From positions 1 to 64,000 of the forward strand of contig JAXLNO010006027.1 in assembly GCA_038087875.1 (NCBI GenBank): DNA of 64,000 bases, in the 5' to 3' direction. Within the stretch, counting starts at the first letter, position 1, and each line of letters starts with the position of its first letter. Made by a program: the position numbers and the translations under genes. Below the pieces are notes generated by a model, which saw nothing but the letters and a program-made list of their open reading frames with translations, was not told the origin of the DNA and made no database searches. This stretch comes from Malacoraja senta. Lineage: Eukaryota. Shown in pieces: positions 40,372 through 55,394 of the stretch.

Positions 40372-40669
40372 TCATTTCCTGTTCTTTTCCTCCTTGTCTC
40401 CAGTTTTGGTGCCCGCCTCCCCTCCAGATGTGTGTCTATTTGGGTTGTTGTTTAAGAACATCTTGTCCAGTCCCTTTAATGCTTCCGTCAGGTAGTTCTG
40501 GACAGCTGTGAGAGCAGCACAAATGGCAGGAGAGCCAAAACCATGCGTAATGAGGCTAAAGTGAGTCAAACAGCTCTGGATGCCTGGGTCTAGTATCGGG
40601 TTGGGCCTGGTGTTGCCCAAAGGAGTCCTGTCCTGTGCCAGCAGATCTGTGAATTCTTTGCAAAGTTGC
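40372..40669 (-). CDS. TFAP2B: AP-2 beta last coding exon (equivalent to exon 7) with TGA stop
   Basis: [98 protein letters not shown]. Acceptor ccccAG at 40670-40671. The C-terminal NRHTSG...[10 protein letters not shown] tail is typical of the beta paralog. Confidence 0.96.
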
Positions 40670-42029
40670 CTGGGGGTTAAGAAAATAAGACAATGAATGT
40701 TGCCGTCAGATAACACAAATCAGATGTATGGAATGGCACATTATCTGGTTGCTATGGAAATTGGTTTAACCCCCCTCAACCCGCACATCGTGATTACCGA
40801 AAAGCCGACTGCATAGCATTGAGTTCCAATATATCCGAATTTCTATTTAAGATTCTCCTTCCTTATAATAGAACTACAATAGTGAAATAATTCCGGATGT
40901 TTTTAATGGAGTCTCATATGTTCTCAATTCCCATAATGACCCACGGATGTGAGTCTTTCTTTAATTTTCTAAAGAATGAATGAAGCAGCGCAAAAGCCTA
41001 AATATAGATTAATCTCATCGTGAAAGAATTCTGTTAAAAGCAGCACGAGTTCATGAAGGTGAAAATGTTAAGGTTAGGTTACATGTTTAGTGGGCTAATT
41101 TCTCAACCAATAACACATGTGAGTGTTAGCAGAATATTTTGCTCTTTTCGGAGAGAGACAAAAACCCCACCTAAAACATGATACTAAATTAGAATTCATG
41201 AAATGTTGAGCGGCCACTTAAAGTCAAACCAAACGGATCATTTTGAAAACGGGAAAATAAAAGAGAATGAAATCCCCAAGGGAGTTAATACTTAAACGAG
41301 TTACAATCGAGAGATATCGACCTTTGCACTTGTAAACTTCGTCCAAACTTCAAATTTGGGCGTGGGGTTCAATTCTCGACCCTTCCTTGCAAGGAGGCAA
41401 CCCGCATGTGAATACTTAGTCCTTTGTTTTCTGATTTGGGTGGGGATTGTATTTATCTAAGAGAGGATCGTGGTGCATTGGATCAGCCCTGGTAGTTTAC
41501 TTCCAAGGGTTTCTTTTGATTCCAAATAGATGAAAGTTCATCCTGGTTTCCCAGAATGGAGTCGGGAGGTGGGGGAGAGGTGGAAGGACATTATACAATC
41601 TGTGTTTAGTGGTGGGTCTGCCACTGCTCCGTTCAATTCCATCAAGGGATAGAGAGTTATTTACAAACGTTGGGTGGAGTTGAGCAAAGTTTGACGAAGT
41701 AACAGCGAACTAATGAAGATGTTCTCCCTCATGTCCTTCCAACACTGCAGAATTTCGCCCCACTCCCTCCCTATCACCCGGCCTTCACCTTCCATGGAGC
41801 AAAGGGAGGCTTACTGCAAGTAAAAAGGGACATTTGTACTTGAACCATAGCAAAGTAGTGAGGCTGAACGTAAAGGTACAAATCTGGTCTAAGGGGGGAA
41901 ATTGTTACCACAACAGCTTGTATAAAAAACAACATTTAACACAAGCAAACCCAAGAGGTTGACACAGAGGGTGCCCATTAACACCGGTCCCAAAACTCTT
42001 GATCAAATAGATAGAATAAAGGAGCGTCT

Positions 42030-42300
42030 GGAACATAGAACCAAGTTCAGTACAACACAGAAACATGCCCTTTGGCCCACAATGTCCATGCCGAACATGA
42101 TGTCAAGTTAAATTAATCGTATTTGCCTGCACGTGAATTATTTCCCTCCACTCCCTGCATAACAACGTGCCTATCTAAAAACCGCTTAAACACAACTCTC
42201 GCATCTGCCTCCACCACAACCCGTGGGACAAAATAACTTGTCCCGCACATGTCCTTTAAACGTTGCCCCTCTCGCCTTAAAGTTGTGCTCTCTGGGAAAT
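42030..42300 (-). mobile_element. CR1 3'-end fragment in the last TFAP2B intron
   Basis: Similar to 9030-9300. Confidence 0.65.
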
Positions 42301-44447
42301 TCCAGACCTCTGAGGCGCACCATCAGTAGTGAGACGTTTTGTTTTCCAGTTTGAGGATAATCAAGAACTCAAAACGTGTAGTTCCAGACAGTTTCCGTGT
42401 GGTTGGGATTTTTAGCACAACCCTGCACTTCACCTACAGCTATTGGATAATTGCATCGTAATGGCGCTATCCCTGACCTGGAAATCATTAATATTCACAC
42501 TGTGTGTTGGGAGTGGAAAAGTCTCCAGTTTCTTGACGTTCTCCCCCATCACCTTGATATACGCACGACTTCGTTTAAACATTTTGTTTACAGAACCTAA
42601 CCGGGGTGTAGATTCAATAGTAAATAGTGAAATAAATCGAGAAGATCGAGTCGCCACAGCAAAAATGTCGATCAACAAACATCCAGTTGGAACCTGGTTT
42701 AATAATTACTGAATATTCTTATTTTCGGAATAACCGACATGGTGATTAAGTTTTCGACCAATTCAATTTTCTATCTAACCGTGGCTTCGTGCCAATCTCA
42801 TCGACGTGCGGTAAAGACTGCAGAATTGTCTTGGCAGATCAGCTTTCTTTGTTAAACATGAAGACTTTTATGTGTGATCAGAGAGAGAGAGGGAGGTTAT
42901 TATAGATTTCTGGGGAACACTACCATCGGCAATTTTTTCCATTGTCACGATAAAATCGATTTTCTTTAAAATAATTCTGGGCCGAGTAAGGCAACGCAAT
43001 TAAGCAGCCGTGAAATATGTGTATCTATATGATGCGTTTAATCAACATTCTAATTTGGTGGTCAATATGAGAGTGGTTTAAGAATCATAGCCAAAAATAT
43101 TTCTCATCATCATGAAAAGAATCACTAATAATTAGATATCTGGGTAGTCTTCTGTTCTGTTGCCAAAAAAAACGAGACTTTATATTTGAGTCTCTAGTTG
43201 TTTTTTTTAAAGGTTATGAAATACCCATGTATGCATTTAACTTCTGTTAGAGTCAACGAGAGGAACAAAATGTGCACTTCGGTAGAAAATGTAGCTCCTG
43301 AAAACGGAAGGCTATATAGCTGCACCAAGGAGGAATGGAATTGGAGAAACAATCACGTTGCGATAAATGTGTAGGAAGGAACTGCAGATGCTGGTTTACA
43401 CCGAAGATAGACAGAAAAAGTTGGAGTAACAGTGGGACAAGCAGCATCTCTGGATAGAAGGAAGATAAATGCTAGGCACCTGAATTCAGAAATAATGAAG
43501 CATGTTTTGAAAAGCACCTTTGTCTCGTTTTTTTTTTAACCCTATCTGTATCTTCTGGGGTTCTTTTTTTTTGTTCCCTGTCTTTTTTTTCCGCGTGTGT
43601 GGTAACACGCATAATAGAGACGCATAGGAAATTGCTATGGGAACATTCTAAACGCCCGTATTCGTCGCCCTTGTACTTTTTTTTCTATGCACAGTCGAAA
43701 ACGTCCACCGTGAAGGATTAATGGCAGGGAAGTCAGGCGCTTCTTGTCTTCAAAGAAAAAGAATCGCCTGCAAGCAATTAAACTTCTGAGATTGTAATAT
43801 CTTCTGACCCGGCGGAAAGAAACAATTAAATTCAAATCACGTCTAGCGAACATCTGGACAAATTTCAGCAAATGATTTTTCATTTTTTTTCCATCTTTGC
43901 TGGGAATTGGGAGGATTTTCCTCAATACTATTAAAGGCAGGTACAGGCGCTTATTTTATAGCCTATGCTACATCATCGACAGATTTGTTTGAAAATTATT
44001 GTTTGGAGACTCCCATCTTTGGAAAATATTTTGGAGGAAAATTATTCTTAAGTTTTAAATGCAAAGTTAAATTAAAGTGATTTGGTTATTTAAATCAATT
44101 TAATTTGCCTTCATGGATACAAATAATGATTTGTGTAAAGGTTTTATGAACTCAATCGAGGACAATATTTAAACGACACAAAAATGCCGACTAATTTATG
44201 TAATGCTACTCATCTACCCGACGACTGTAACTATAGGTTGATGCGTTGATGGAAAGAATTGAAAATCATAGCTTCTGAAGCCTTCAACCGGGCAAAGGTT
44301 ATGTTATGTTGATTCAACTTAAAACATGCCACCTAATTTCAAATATTGCTTTATATTCATATCATTGTGAAACATCTACGATATTAACTGATACTATTTA
44401 CCCCCTGCAGCCTTCAAAGGGCATGTAGGGGTAAGTTAATGACTCAC

Positions 44448-44589
44448 TTTGTGGCCAGTATCATGTTCTTTCTGGAGTGCAGCTCGCTAGGGTCTGTGTG
44501 CTGCCTGTTCAAATAGTCAGCTGCAGCTTTGGCTGGGAATTCCGTCTCACAGATATACCCGAAATCCCGAGCTAAATGCACGGCCTCTC
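44448..44589 (-). CDS. TFAP2B: AP-2 beta coding exon (equivalent to exon 6; helix-span-helix)
   Basis: Read manually as (G)[46 protein letters not shown](K). Acceptor tcttccAG, donor GTgagt; 142 nt. Confidence 0.96.
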
Positions 44590-47289
44590 CTGGAAGATAA
44601 GACCAAATTCTTCATTGTTTTCACATAGAAGCACGCGAGTTTGCGACTTCTACATGCACATCAATACCGACACTCATATTCGCCAGAGAGATAAAAAGTG
44701 AAGCCAAAACAGTAGAGTGGAGCCGAAACAATAGTTCTATAATATTTGAGAGACTATGGTGCTGGAGTAACACAGCGGGACAGGCAGCATCTCTGGAGTG
44801 AAGGAATGGGTGATGTTTCGGGTCGAGACACAAGTTTCGTGTCTAGATATTTATAGATTTCCCCCCTTCAATAATATTCAGAACCACTCAGTTGCTCGTT
44901 GTCGGTGAACAATAATCAGTTTCTATTTGGAGGCTGTGCTATTCAATATGAAAGCCTTGCACCATCTCCCGATACGTTCTGGAGTTCTCTCCTTGAGAGT
45001 CTAAGCGTGATCTCGTATGGGGAATTAGGCTGGGTTCTCGACTTTTACGCGTTGTTCATAAGGATAAACTCAGACATCCACGAAATGCTCACACGAGATT
45101 CAATATTTTAAATAATCCCCGTTGGCGACCGTGGAAATGAGGAAGGGCGTTGTGAAGAGAAAAAAAAGTTATTTGAAACATGTATACTATGCAAATTCTT
45201 CCAAATTCTGAAGTTCCAACGTTACATAGCGTATTTAAACAAGTAATGACGAGTCATTCCGGGTAAGGGGTTTGGTATTTCCCTCGGGTGTGGAGTTAAG
45301 TTCTTCATTTAGTATGTGAATTAAATACTCGGTTATTGTAATAGGTCGCTTGTTACGAAGGAGCAGACAATGAAACATTTATATCAACTGTGAGTGGAAA
45401 GGGAGAGAAAATGGGTGAGACATGCACAGACTCGGTTGTATGTGTACGAAGATAAGCATTCCCAGATTTAAATCGATTTTTAGTTTGATCCTTGCTTATC
45501 CAAAAACTAGCACCCAAAAATTAAAAAAAACTATCGAGAAACAGTAAACAATAGTTACAGGATGCATGTTGTCAAAAAAGACCGTGTAAACATCTAAAAT
45601 AAAACATTAAAATTTACTGGCGACTTTACAAAATGTCAGCAGTGGCATTACTTGTTGACCTGCATATTTTCATTTGGTTATTAGGCAGGATATCAATATG
45701 AAATACTCGCCACACCACAACTATAAAAGTTAAAAGAGAACATTCACAATTATTCTGCAAGGTCTCATCTGCAATCATGAGAAAATAATTATAATACGCT
45801 TTATTTATCAACTTCAGAATGTAGAACGATGATAATGCAACCATCTATCGGTGCGAATGTCTCATACAAGATGCGCTTTCCCACAAAATATACAATATTG
45901 CCCACACAAAATTCTGGTGAATTGCTACCATTTAAAACATCACATCATTTTAGTGTAAACGACATTGTCAAAAGTAATTAAATGCTACCTATTGTGTTTG
46001 AAAACCTGGAAGGCAATAAGCCAGATACATTCATATAAAGCAATACACTTATAAGAAGGTCAACTAGGAACAACTAAAAAAGGCTAAATCCTCGCAAGAA
46101 CAATAAGATTGCTGAAAACTAGTAAGTACTCTCCGACTCATCATATACATACATGTATGGAGAGATTGAAAGAAAAGGAGAGATTTTAAAATACAGTTTA
46201 AATAGCATAAAGCAGTTAGAAATACCTATTCCCTATATAGCTATTGTGAATGTGTATGTGTGTTTATTGAGAACACCCTGCAGGGAGTTCCATGCCATCA
46301 ACCTTCCCGCCTGATGCTGATGTTTCAGAGAGCAGTGAAAGCTGGGTAACACTACAAAGCCAAGCTCTGGGGGGATTCAAGTAGATAATGCTTCATCCCT
46401 CCAGCACTGAATCTTTTCAAAGTACTTTGCAGGCGATAGCTTCGACGCTGCACATGAAATTAACATTAGCATTAAAGAATTCAACCAGATACTGTACTGC
46501 TGATGATCAATCTAATTATCTTCTGACTTTTTAAAACAATTTACCCGTTAATAAGAGCGTTACCATTAAAAATATATAATATCCACGAAGGGCAACTTGA
46601 CAAATTCTGTTACATCTTCTAAAAAAAATAGTGTTAGAAGAACTGAAGTTAGAAAGCATAGTAAAATTAAGTGATTAAAAGGTGACCCATGCAAGAAAGA
46701 TAATTGTTTGTAGATATAGGGATAAATGGTAGAGAGGTGAAAGAGGCAATGGCAGCAGTGAACAGGAAATAGAAAGGTGAATATACTGATGTCCCACATA
46801 ACCGCGTGACTAATGATGGAGCTAATTTGCCTTTCAACAATATCACGGCCAATTTCAGTTTGTTAATGAAGAATGCATATAATCCGCGGGAACTGAAATT
46901 GTTTAAAAACGAAACCTAAATTCTGTTCCAATCAACACGAAGTTTCGTTGGTTTGTCGAAAATGCAACGTCATGCTATATTAGGAAGAAAATGTGCGCAC
47001 AATCATCCAAATACCAGTAATGTATCTGTTAAACATGTTTTTTTAGCATCGTGTTTTTAAGATGTGTTGAAAAATATCTCCCTTTTCATTCTCCCCCATA
47101 TATGTACGTGTATGCAGGTAATCCTATTTATGATAGACGTCTGCCTGTCTCTGATGCAGCTATCAAGTGATAATGAGTGAGAAGTAACAGGTACACGAAT
47201 AAAACACCTTGGTTGTGCACAGAAACAAATGTGTGTGCGTGTGCGTGTGTGTGTGTGTGTGCGTGTGTGGAAAAAAAAGAGATGACAGA

Positions 47290-47448
47290 NNNNNNNNNNN
47301 NNNNNNNNNNNNNNNNNNNNNNNNNNNNNNNNNNNNNNNNNNNNNNNNNNNNNNNNNNNNNNNNNNNNNNNNNNNNNNNNNNNNNNNNNNNNNNNNNNNN
47401 NNNNNNNNNNNNNNNNNNNNNNNNNNNNNNNNNNNNNNNNNNNNNNNN
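47290..47448. other. Assembly gap (159 N), next to a (TG)n repeat at ~47230-47269
   Basis: Run of N. Confidence 0.99.
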
Positions 47449-47900
47449 GTAACTAACAGTAAAAGTGTGGTTACATATGAAAATGTGAATGCAATTATAA
47501 ATTATTCATGAAGGTTAGCCAAGACTCCTTACGGCTATGGGATAAATGCATTTATAATATATAGTATTATTATTTATGCACAAAGAACATCGGTACTTTA
47601 ATTACATAATTAATGCAATTTCTCTTGAAAACTCAAAGAAAATGGCGAATAATCATGAAAAGTAGCATAATTTTGATAGTGTGGTCAGCTGTTTTTTACC
47701 ACAAAGAACGGCTAAACGGACAGGCACAACGCAACAGAATGTGATGCCATTGAACCCCGCCAACGTGATATTATATAAATAGTTAACCATACACCTCCTA
47801 TCGCAATTTCCTTCTTCGTACCATTGCAAAACAAAGTTTTTGTTTCCCGATGTTAAGCATATAATACATAAAATATGCATTTAAACTGTCAATATCATCA

Positions 47901-48074
<174 letters not shown>

Positions 48075-49266
48075 CTACACATCAAGTGCCCCGTTATGGG
48101 GGAGCATGGGCGAATCAGGTGATTAGACTTTCCTCTTTAATATGAAGCCATATTATTTCATATGTTCCATATTTTATTTTAAGAACATCTTTAAATTCCC
48201 GCCATTCCACAAGGTTCCCATGGACGTTTATTGAAATGTTCATGTTCCCAAAGATGAAACCGACCTGCTGTATTCTTGTGAGTTGGATACATACGTGGCC
48301 CAGAGTGGCCCCGTAATCGAGAAGTCAAGTCCCAAGGTGTACTAATGCCTGGAAATATGATATCAGCCTACTATAGACTGACGCACACTATCAATTGAAC
48401 GCGGCATTCATTAATGTCCCGACCCTTTTAATTCTCGAAAATAAAAATAATATTTCTTGTTCAACTTGAGGTAGCTAGAACATATATTATGTGAAGAGAC
48501 GTGGTTGGGAGTAAAAATCCACCACGACCCCGTCCATAGATAATCAGTCCAACAGTGGTAGCTAAAATAAAATTGTAGCTAAAATAAAATTGTAGCTTAA
48601 AGGCTCATCCGGGGATGTATTGCTTTCAACCACTCACTGACCTAGAGAAGATAAAGTGGCAGTGTATTGGATTGAGTTTCTTGGGACCGCTAAGGGTTGG
48701 CAGTATCAAGTCACTTCTACTCTTTTAGAGTTCATTCTGGGTGCTTGCTACTTGGAGAACGTGAAACCGATTTCATAAATGCACCCGGCGAATAGTTGTA
48801 AAACTCCTGTCTGCATTCTACTGTCGTGAAGCATGGGACGCGGACAGAGAGGGGGCGGCTGTGGTTGTTTCTACACTTCTTAATATGGGGGCGAGGCCGA
48901 CATTGTGGTTGTCACATTAAAAGAACCAATAGCCGCGCAAGAATGCAGTTGTCATGCATTCTTGTATGACCAATCGCTTGTATGTTTGCGTTTTCATGGT
49001 TATTAAAATGCACTGAATTCCCGCGAGACAAACTCGCAGAGGGATGAATTTAGAAATATTAATTGAAAGATTACAATGTGGAGCAACAATCTGTGAGATT
49101 CGCTCATGGCTGTAGATGTAGCTGCATGGATAGGCGGACAACTGTTGGGGGGTAAAGACAATGACAAACAATACACTTTGCGCTTTAACAATGGTCATAT
49201 TTTATTGTTCAATAGTTTCCACGTTGGTTTAGTTTGAATGATTCATATCCTATGTTGGCGACCTAC

Positions 49267-49483
49267 CTTCTCAGCACTCCTCCCAGCAGCGAGGCGTTCA
49301 GGCATTCTGGTGGGGACAGGCGTCTCTGGACTTCTCCCACAGTCACCTTGTACTTGGATGTGGAACTAAGGAGGGACAGGCGCCCTGGCACCGAGCAGAA
49401 CACCTCGTTGTGATTAGCAATTCCGCCAAGTAGATTGTCTTTGTTCATCATCAAGGATGTGATATTCTTCTGAGGAAGTGGGA
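49267..49483 (-). CDS. TFAP2B: Transcription factor AP-2 beta, internal coding exon (equivalent to exon 4; start of basic DNA-binding region)
   Basis: Translates (V)[71 protein letters not shown](R). Acceptor cttgcAG, donor GTaggt; 217 nt, phase 1 to phase 2. TSLMMNKD is characteristic of AP-2 beta. Confidence 0.96.
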
Positions 49484-49789
49484 CTGCAAGAAAATGACAC
49501 AATGACAAATGTTAGCACTGCATTACCGTAGGTGCAGGCACTATGGGCTGGTGAACGCAAAAATAACGCCTCACGCTACAGGTGGCGCACATGTTTGGAC
49601 CCGCACAATTGGGCGTTTTTTTTTAAGCCAACATGTGTTGGAACGCTTGGGCGTTTTACGGAAAAGCAATGCAGATCGTTCGAAAGATAAAGGAGCTCTA
49701 TTGATAATTTTCGGAATGCTGAAACTATCTAAAAGTGCAGTATTGAAAGACCCACGTCGTCAAATAACAACATTTAAGAATTTGTGAAT

Positions 49790-50210
49790 TAAGAAGTTGT
49801 GAATTTGTGGAATTCCCTGCCACAGAGGGCAGTGGAGGCCAAATCACTGGATGGATTTAAGAGAGAGTTAGATTGAGCTCTAGGGGCTAGTGGGGTCAAG
49901 GGATATGGGAAGAAGGCAGGCACAGGTTATTGATTGGGGACGATCAGCCATGATCAAAATGAATTGCGGTGCTGGCTCGAAGGGCGGAATGGCCTCCTGC
50001 ACCTATTTTCTATGTTTCTATGTTTCTATCTAAGAAATGACAACAATTTCAAAAATATATATTTAAAGGACATTTGGACAGCTTCATGGATTGGAGTGGT
50101 TTAGAAGGACACGGCAAAAAGCGCGCAAATTGTGCTAAGATGGGGCACCTTGCTCGGCATGGACGAATTGTGCTGAAGGGCGTGTTTCTGTGCTCTATGG
50201 CGGTATGATC
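49790..50210 (+). mobile_element. Two short CR1 3'-end fragments
   Basis: gttgtgaatttgtggaattccctgccacag... with (ctatgttt)n tail at ~50010-50028. Confidence 0.8.
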
Positions 50211-50561
50211 CAATGATTAACACAAAATCAATGACACCTGTATTGAAATGGTTTCCACTACCATCTAACTCAGATGTTAGGATCGTAACCTATTAGCTTC
50301 TAACCCGTTTAGAAGGGGAGGGGGATACTTTATTGAAAAAATGATGCAAACCTGAAATTAAATCTAAAGATGATCTCAGAACCGGGTTGGGAAGCAAAAA
50401 CTGGTTCAAACAATAGATGTTTTCAAAGCAAAGTAACTGAAAGTCCTCACTATGATTTAAAGTTCTTCCCAGAGGTTAAGTTGGCCAGGCAACCCTGCTG
50501 CTTCCTGGAATGAAATGCAACGGAATAGTTTGCACAATATACAAGAGCGGCTTGATTTTAT

Positions 50562-50571
50562 GGGGGCGGTG

Positions 50572-50602
<31 letters not shown>

Positions 50603-50637
50603 GGGGAGGTGTGCAGGTGGTGGGGGGAGGGGTTGGG
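50562..50637 (+). repeat. G-rich tract with (TG)n and poly-G; G-quadruplex potential
   Basis: A G run of ~22 nt flanked by several further GGG runs. Confidence 0.7.
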
Positions 50638-51829
50638 CTACGTTATTAATAATCCAGAATTCTATCACTTTACGTGTGTTTTGTCTAATAATTCGTGGTA
50701 TCTTACAAAATTAAACAAAAACGCACGTTTTGGTTACGTAATTGTTCTTAATCCCAGTTCCTTGTTGCTGCTTTTTCAATATTTAATAGTACTGAAGCAG
50801 TCCCAAATGATTGTTTGATCGGACAAGAAAATCAAAGTATCACTCAATGTTTGAAAAGTATTCCTAACTGTAGACAGAAACCATGACATATGGTGACATT
50901 CCACATGTATTGTTTTCATAACTTGGGAATTATCCAGCTAACAGCGGATAGAAAATAGTGACGACCTTAACATTGTTGGTGTCACCTCTGTGGTGTGCTT
51001 GCTACCGATGTGCAATGAAATGCTAACACCAGCCCTGTAAATGTTTTGGGGTAAAATATAAAGATTTTAGACGTCTCAACATCACATTCCAGACTGCAGG
51101 AGTTCGTGCCAAAGGAAGCTCTGAAGCTTGGAGCAGCCAGCTCAAAGGCTTAGTGGGGGGAAATAATGGCGCCGGAGAGTGGCGATATTTAGCGTATTGA
51201 TACCTTTATGCTTGTATCTATCCGTGCCCTATCCTGTTTACTCTATGAGCTTCGTGTGAGCAAGGGATTTTATTGCGTCAATGTGTCTATTGTAATAATC
51301 TGAATCCGAATCAGTCTAAGATCCCTACTGCCTCCAGATACTGAAACGTGAGGCCTTTACTCCTCAAATAGTTCAGGTTTATAACCTCCAAGGAAGCTAC
51401 AGCATTAAACGAATGTTGCGTTTGCCGTCTTGCAATCTAAATGATGCGTAAGCCTGATTTTTGTTCAATATAAGAACGAACGCTCTTTTATCCAATACAA
51501 ATTTGAGGCTTAAATTGTTTAATCAATAGCCATTGTACACATAGAAGACAGTGTCGACTCTGGTGGTAGTCTTTCACTATATTTCAGGTTGATTTACATA
51601 AATCCTTGCCATCAGTTCTCATCCAAATGATTCAAATAGTGACGATTGGCTTCGGAGCTAGTTGTCATTTCTCCTGCTCTACCCATTATAGTCACGACGA
51701 TGGGGTTGGGTTGAAGAGTAGTTACATCCCATCAGTATAAAGCAAGCGAATTCAAATACGCAGCTGCAAGGAGGACGTCATAGTGATGTCAGAGTAATTC
51801 AGATTGTGAATTTGTAATTGTGAATTTCA

Positions 51830-51867
51830 GAAGATATTCACTGAAGATATTCACTGAAGATATTCAC
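51830..51867. repeat. 13-bp tandem repeat (gaagatattcact), 3 copies
   Basis: Seen directly. Confidence 0.85.
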
Positions 51868-52075
51868 GGAACATTCCCTCATAAGTGACATGGGGCATGT
51901 ATTCCTTGGGATTAGATGGTTTAGAATATCGGATTTCTAAATCATCTATTTACAATGAATTAACGGTTTTAATTACTGATCTCATAACTTCCATCTTGAT
52001 ATTTATCCCATATTCTGCTCCCCGTAGCCAACTCAAATGTTTTTTAAATGAGAACTGAATTTCTAGCAGTGAAAT

Positions 52076-52272
52076 GGGACACAACGTGTTTGAGTTACTC
52101 AACGGTCAGGCAGCATCTCTAGAGAATGTGGATAGGTGACATTTTGCGTCCGGTACCGATCAGAAACGTCACCTATCTATGTTCTCCCTGGATGCTGCCT
52201 GGTCCACTGAGTTACTCCAGCACTCTGTGTCCTTTTGAGTTAACCTGTATCTGCAGTTCCTCGTTTCTACAT
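52076..52272. repeat. Palindromic dimer of the Penelope-derived repeat
   Basis: Inverted arms caggcagcatc...taggtgac / gtcacctat...gatgctgcctg. Confidence 0.75.
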
Positions 52273-55200
52273 TTATAAGAGTGAATTTGCTCTGTTTCGA
52301 TATTTAGCCACAACAGTGTTTTATTTCTCAATGATCATAAGGCACAGTGTGCTATGAATTCTGCTGCAAATCCATGATTCTCACGCCGAGCAACGTATCA
52401 ATTTCCACTTGAGGTAAAATACTTGTTTGCTCTTTGTGAGGGCTACCCTTCCAGACAGATCGGTAAGCGTTTTGATGAAACCCAGCTGGACTCGACTTGG
52501 TCTGTTTCCAAAGAATATTGAATTGTGGTCGATGATCCAGAAATGGTGCTGCTGACACCCATAACTCAATTAATAATATTTTGGTTCAAATTTAAACTCT
52601 TGATTTTTGATTCCTCGTTTTTTTAGATTAATCCTACTGTCTGTGTTTGTATATATGGTGCGGATGTGTTCTATGTTGATCACTAGAGCTAATTAGAACT
52701 TCCGTACGGCTTTTTGTCATTTGCTACTGTTAATTGAGGACCAACATATCTCCAGCATGACGAACTTTTAACGAAATATCTACACCTGGCTTTCGGCGTG
52801 AGTTAACTCCATGGTTGACCCACAATCGTTTAAAATATACTTTCAACAATGGATATTTATTGTAAAATCGTACTCAGTACCATTAGATTATAGTGTTGCA
52901 ATGAGGTATGGCATACATCCACTCACTTGATAAAGGTTGCCATTCTGAATTCACTTTCACCCATCCTCCTATCCTCGCCACATGAAAAGAGGGATAAACA
53001 CTTGTCAGTGACCACGGCACAGGAAATCGGCCTAGTTAAATACCAGTAGTTTTATTTTGTTTGAAGCAAATACAGGAAGACTATTAACTATAGATTCTTA
53101 AACATAAAAAAGGTTATATGTTTTTTTACTAGAGGAAGAAAAATCATAAATCCCAGGACATTTCTTAATTTATCTTTACCTTTACGTTTTATCTTTTACA
53201 TTTCTCTTTAACTTTTATAAATATGTATGGTAGCGTCTGTGCTCCCAGTAGGTTATCCTGGTAATAAAAACAAGAATAATTGCCCACAGTCTGCAAATTG
53301 CTGTAGGTCCTGTCAAATATCAGGTTTAGGACTTTTGGGGAGAATTAACTCGGAATTATAATGCTCTTAACTTGATCAACACAACAATCTGCAGAAATAG
53401 ATATTCATAAATTGGAATGTAAATATTCCCACTTAAGGCATAAATAAGAAACTACAACCTATTAATATGTTCGTCTCTGATTGCTTGTTTATTATAATTA
53501 TTTTTTTCTGAAGCAAAAAAAAACCCCAATAAACGCATTGGTACATACACTGACATTTTATAAATACCCTCGCTAATGATTTACACACTGAAATGAATCA
53601 TAAACCACTATTACACTGGTTCGGTTAAGTGCCTTCAATCATATTTATTAGTCTTGTAATATCACTTTGCTAATTTAGTTTTAGAGTATCTCTAAGGCAC
53701 GTTGTCACGTTAATTTCTCTTACAGATCATCAATATGGAAAATAATATTTGCTTCATTTGTTAATAATTATGAACAGATTGTGCTTTGAAACGTAATTCG
53801 ACAACAAACTTGATAGCGTTCAAACGACTAGAAGAAATCGCAAAGCAATGGACCATGACCAAAACGCAGCTTGAAGCCTTCAGTTCTTTACGTGTTCAGA
53901 ATGTTCAGCTTGCACTCCGTCAGTGTGATTTCGTAATGCAATGTGTAAATATGTTGCAAGTGTATATGCAATCGTTATGGAGTTAATGTAATAATGATAA
54001 TAACCACAAATGACTGATCATTTAATGCCACAAAGGCGCGAATTTAACCCACACATATTCTAACTACTAGCAACACAATATGCAACGACGTTCGTTTCTA
54101 TTCGATAGCAATCCTCACCCAGACATATCTTGTGAGTAATTGTCAGGATTTATTTACCATCAAGTACAGTATATCTGGAGTTGGCTTTGTACAATTAAGA
54201 TATACTGGGATTACAAGGACACGTGCATATCCGGGAATGGGCAAGCGTATATTTCTACTGACGCAGCTAGAAGTGTTGACTAAAATAACATTTAAGAGTT
54301 TCCAAGGAACGGCTTTCTCCTTTTTGAGTGAAAATGGAATGCAGATTAACAAGCAATAATTCTACCTGTGACACAACATTCTGCATTAACATATACAGCC
54401 CCATAACCTATAGACCAAGTGTAAAACTACAAACATCCAATCTTAGAACAATTCACTTTCAGAAACGTCCACTGGATGATCAAATAAAAACATTTTAACA
54501 ACTATTTCTGTGTTTCGTCAGTTTTAATCGATTCAAGTCGCGCAACGTTCCCGTTATCTCTTTATTGATTGTTCAATGCCAGACCCTGCAAATCATATTT
54601 ACATCCCAGTGTCAATCTGTATCAGTGGAAAAAAACACATTTTAAACACCTTCTATTATCTCCACACTGAAACCAAGAGTTTGCCTTAATGTTAGCTGTA
54701 ATGTCTCTGCCCAGACAGAAGCCACGGTCCCTGAGTACTATATTAATAGCTCAACAGGGGCTAATACGGAAAATTAGACTTAAACGAGCTCTAGAGATCC
54801 CTAAATGAAAGCGTCATTTATCACGCTGGCTACTTTAACTCTGCTCGTTTGCTCTCTCTTCTGGGACCAACTCATTTCCTGTTAAGTAAATTACCTTGAA
54901 AAGTGCCAGGCAGCTATTCCCACACAAAATACGACACAATGACTCTTGACCATCTCGTTAACCCCACTTTGGAAACAGCCATTTTATATTTTACAATTAA
55001 GTATTAGCTGCACCCTTTCCTCGGTTGGCTAGCACTTTATTTAATTCCGAAATAATGAAGTCACATATATTTTCCTGCAACGAAATCTCCCTAATTTCAA
55101 ACAAATTTAATCTGCCGTAAGAGGGATGCAAAATGGGAAAACATTTGTATAGCAAACGGTAAATTTTAAGTAATGTAATGGGTGCAATTAATTTCCAACG

Positions 55201-55394
55201 TGGATTTATTTATAATGCACCATCGCGTGTTAGAATCACAATAACGATGGCTACATTCAAATTCTGATATTAAATTTTTCTAAAGTTTGTTATTTCATAG
55301 CTATATTATCTAATATTAACCAATATCAACATTTTTTTAATTTGTTGCTGGGGAGGTTATTACCTGTTTATTTTTTTATATATATAAAATCTAT

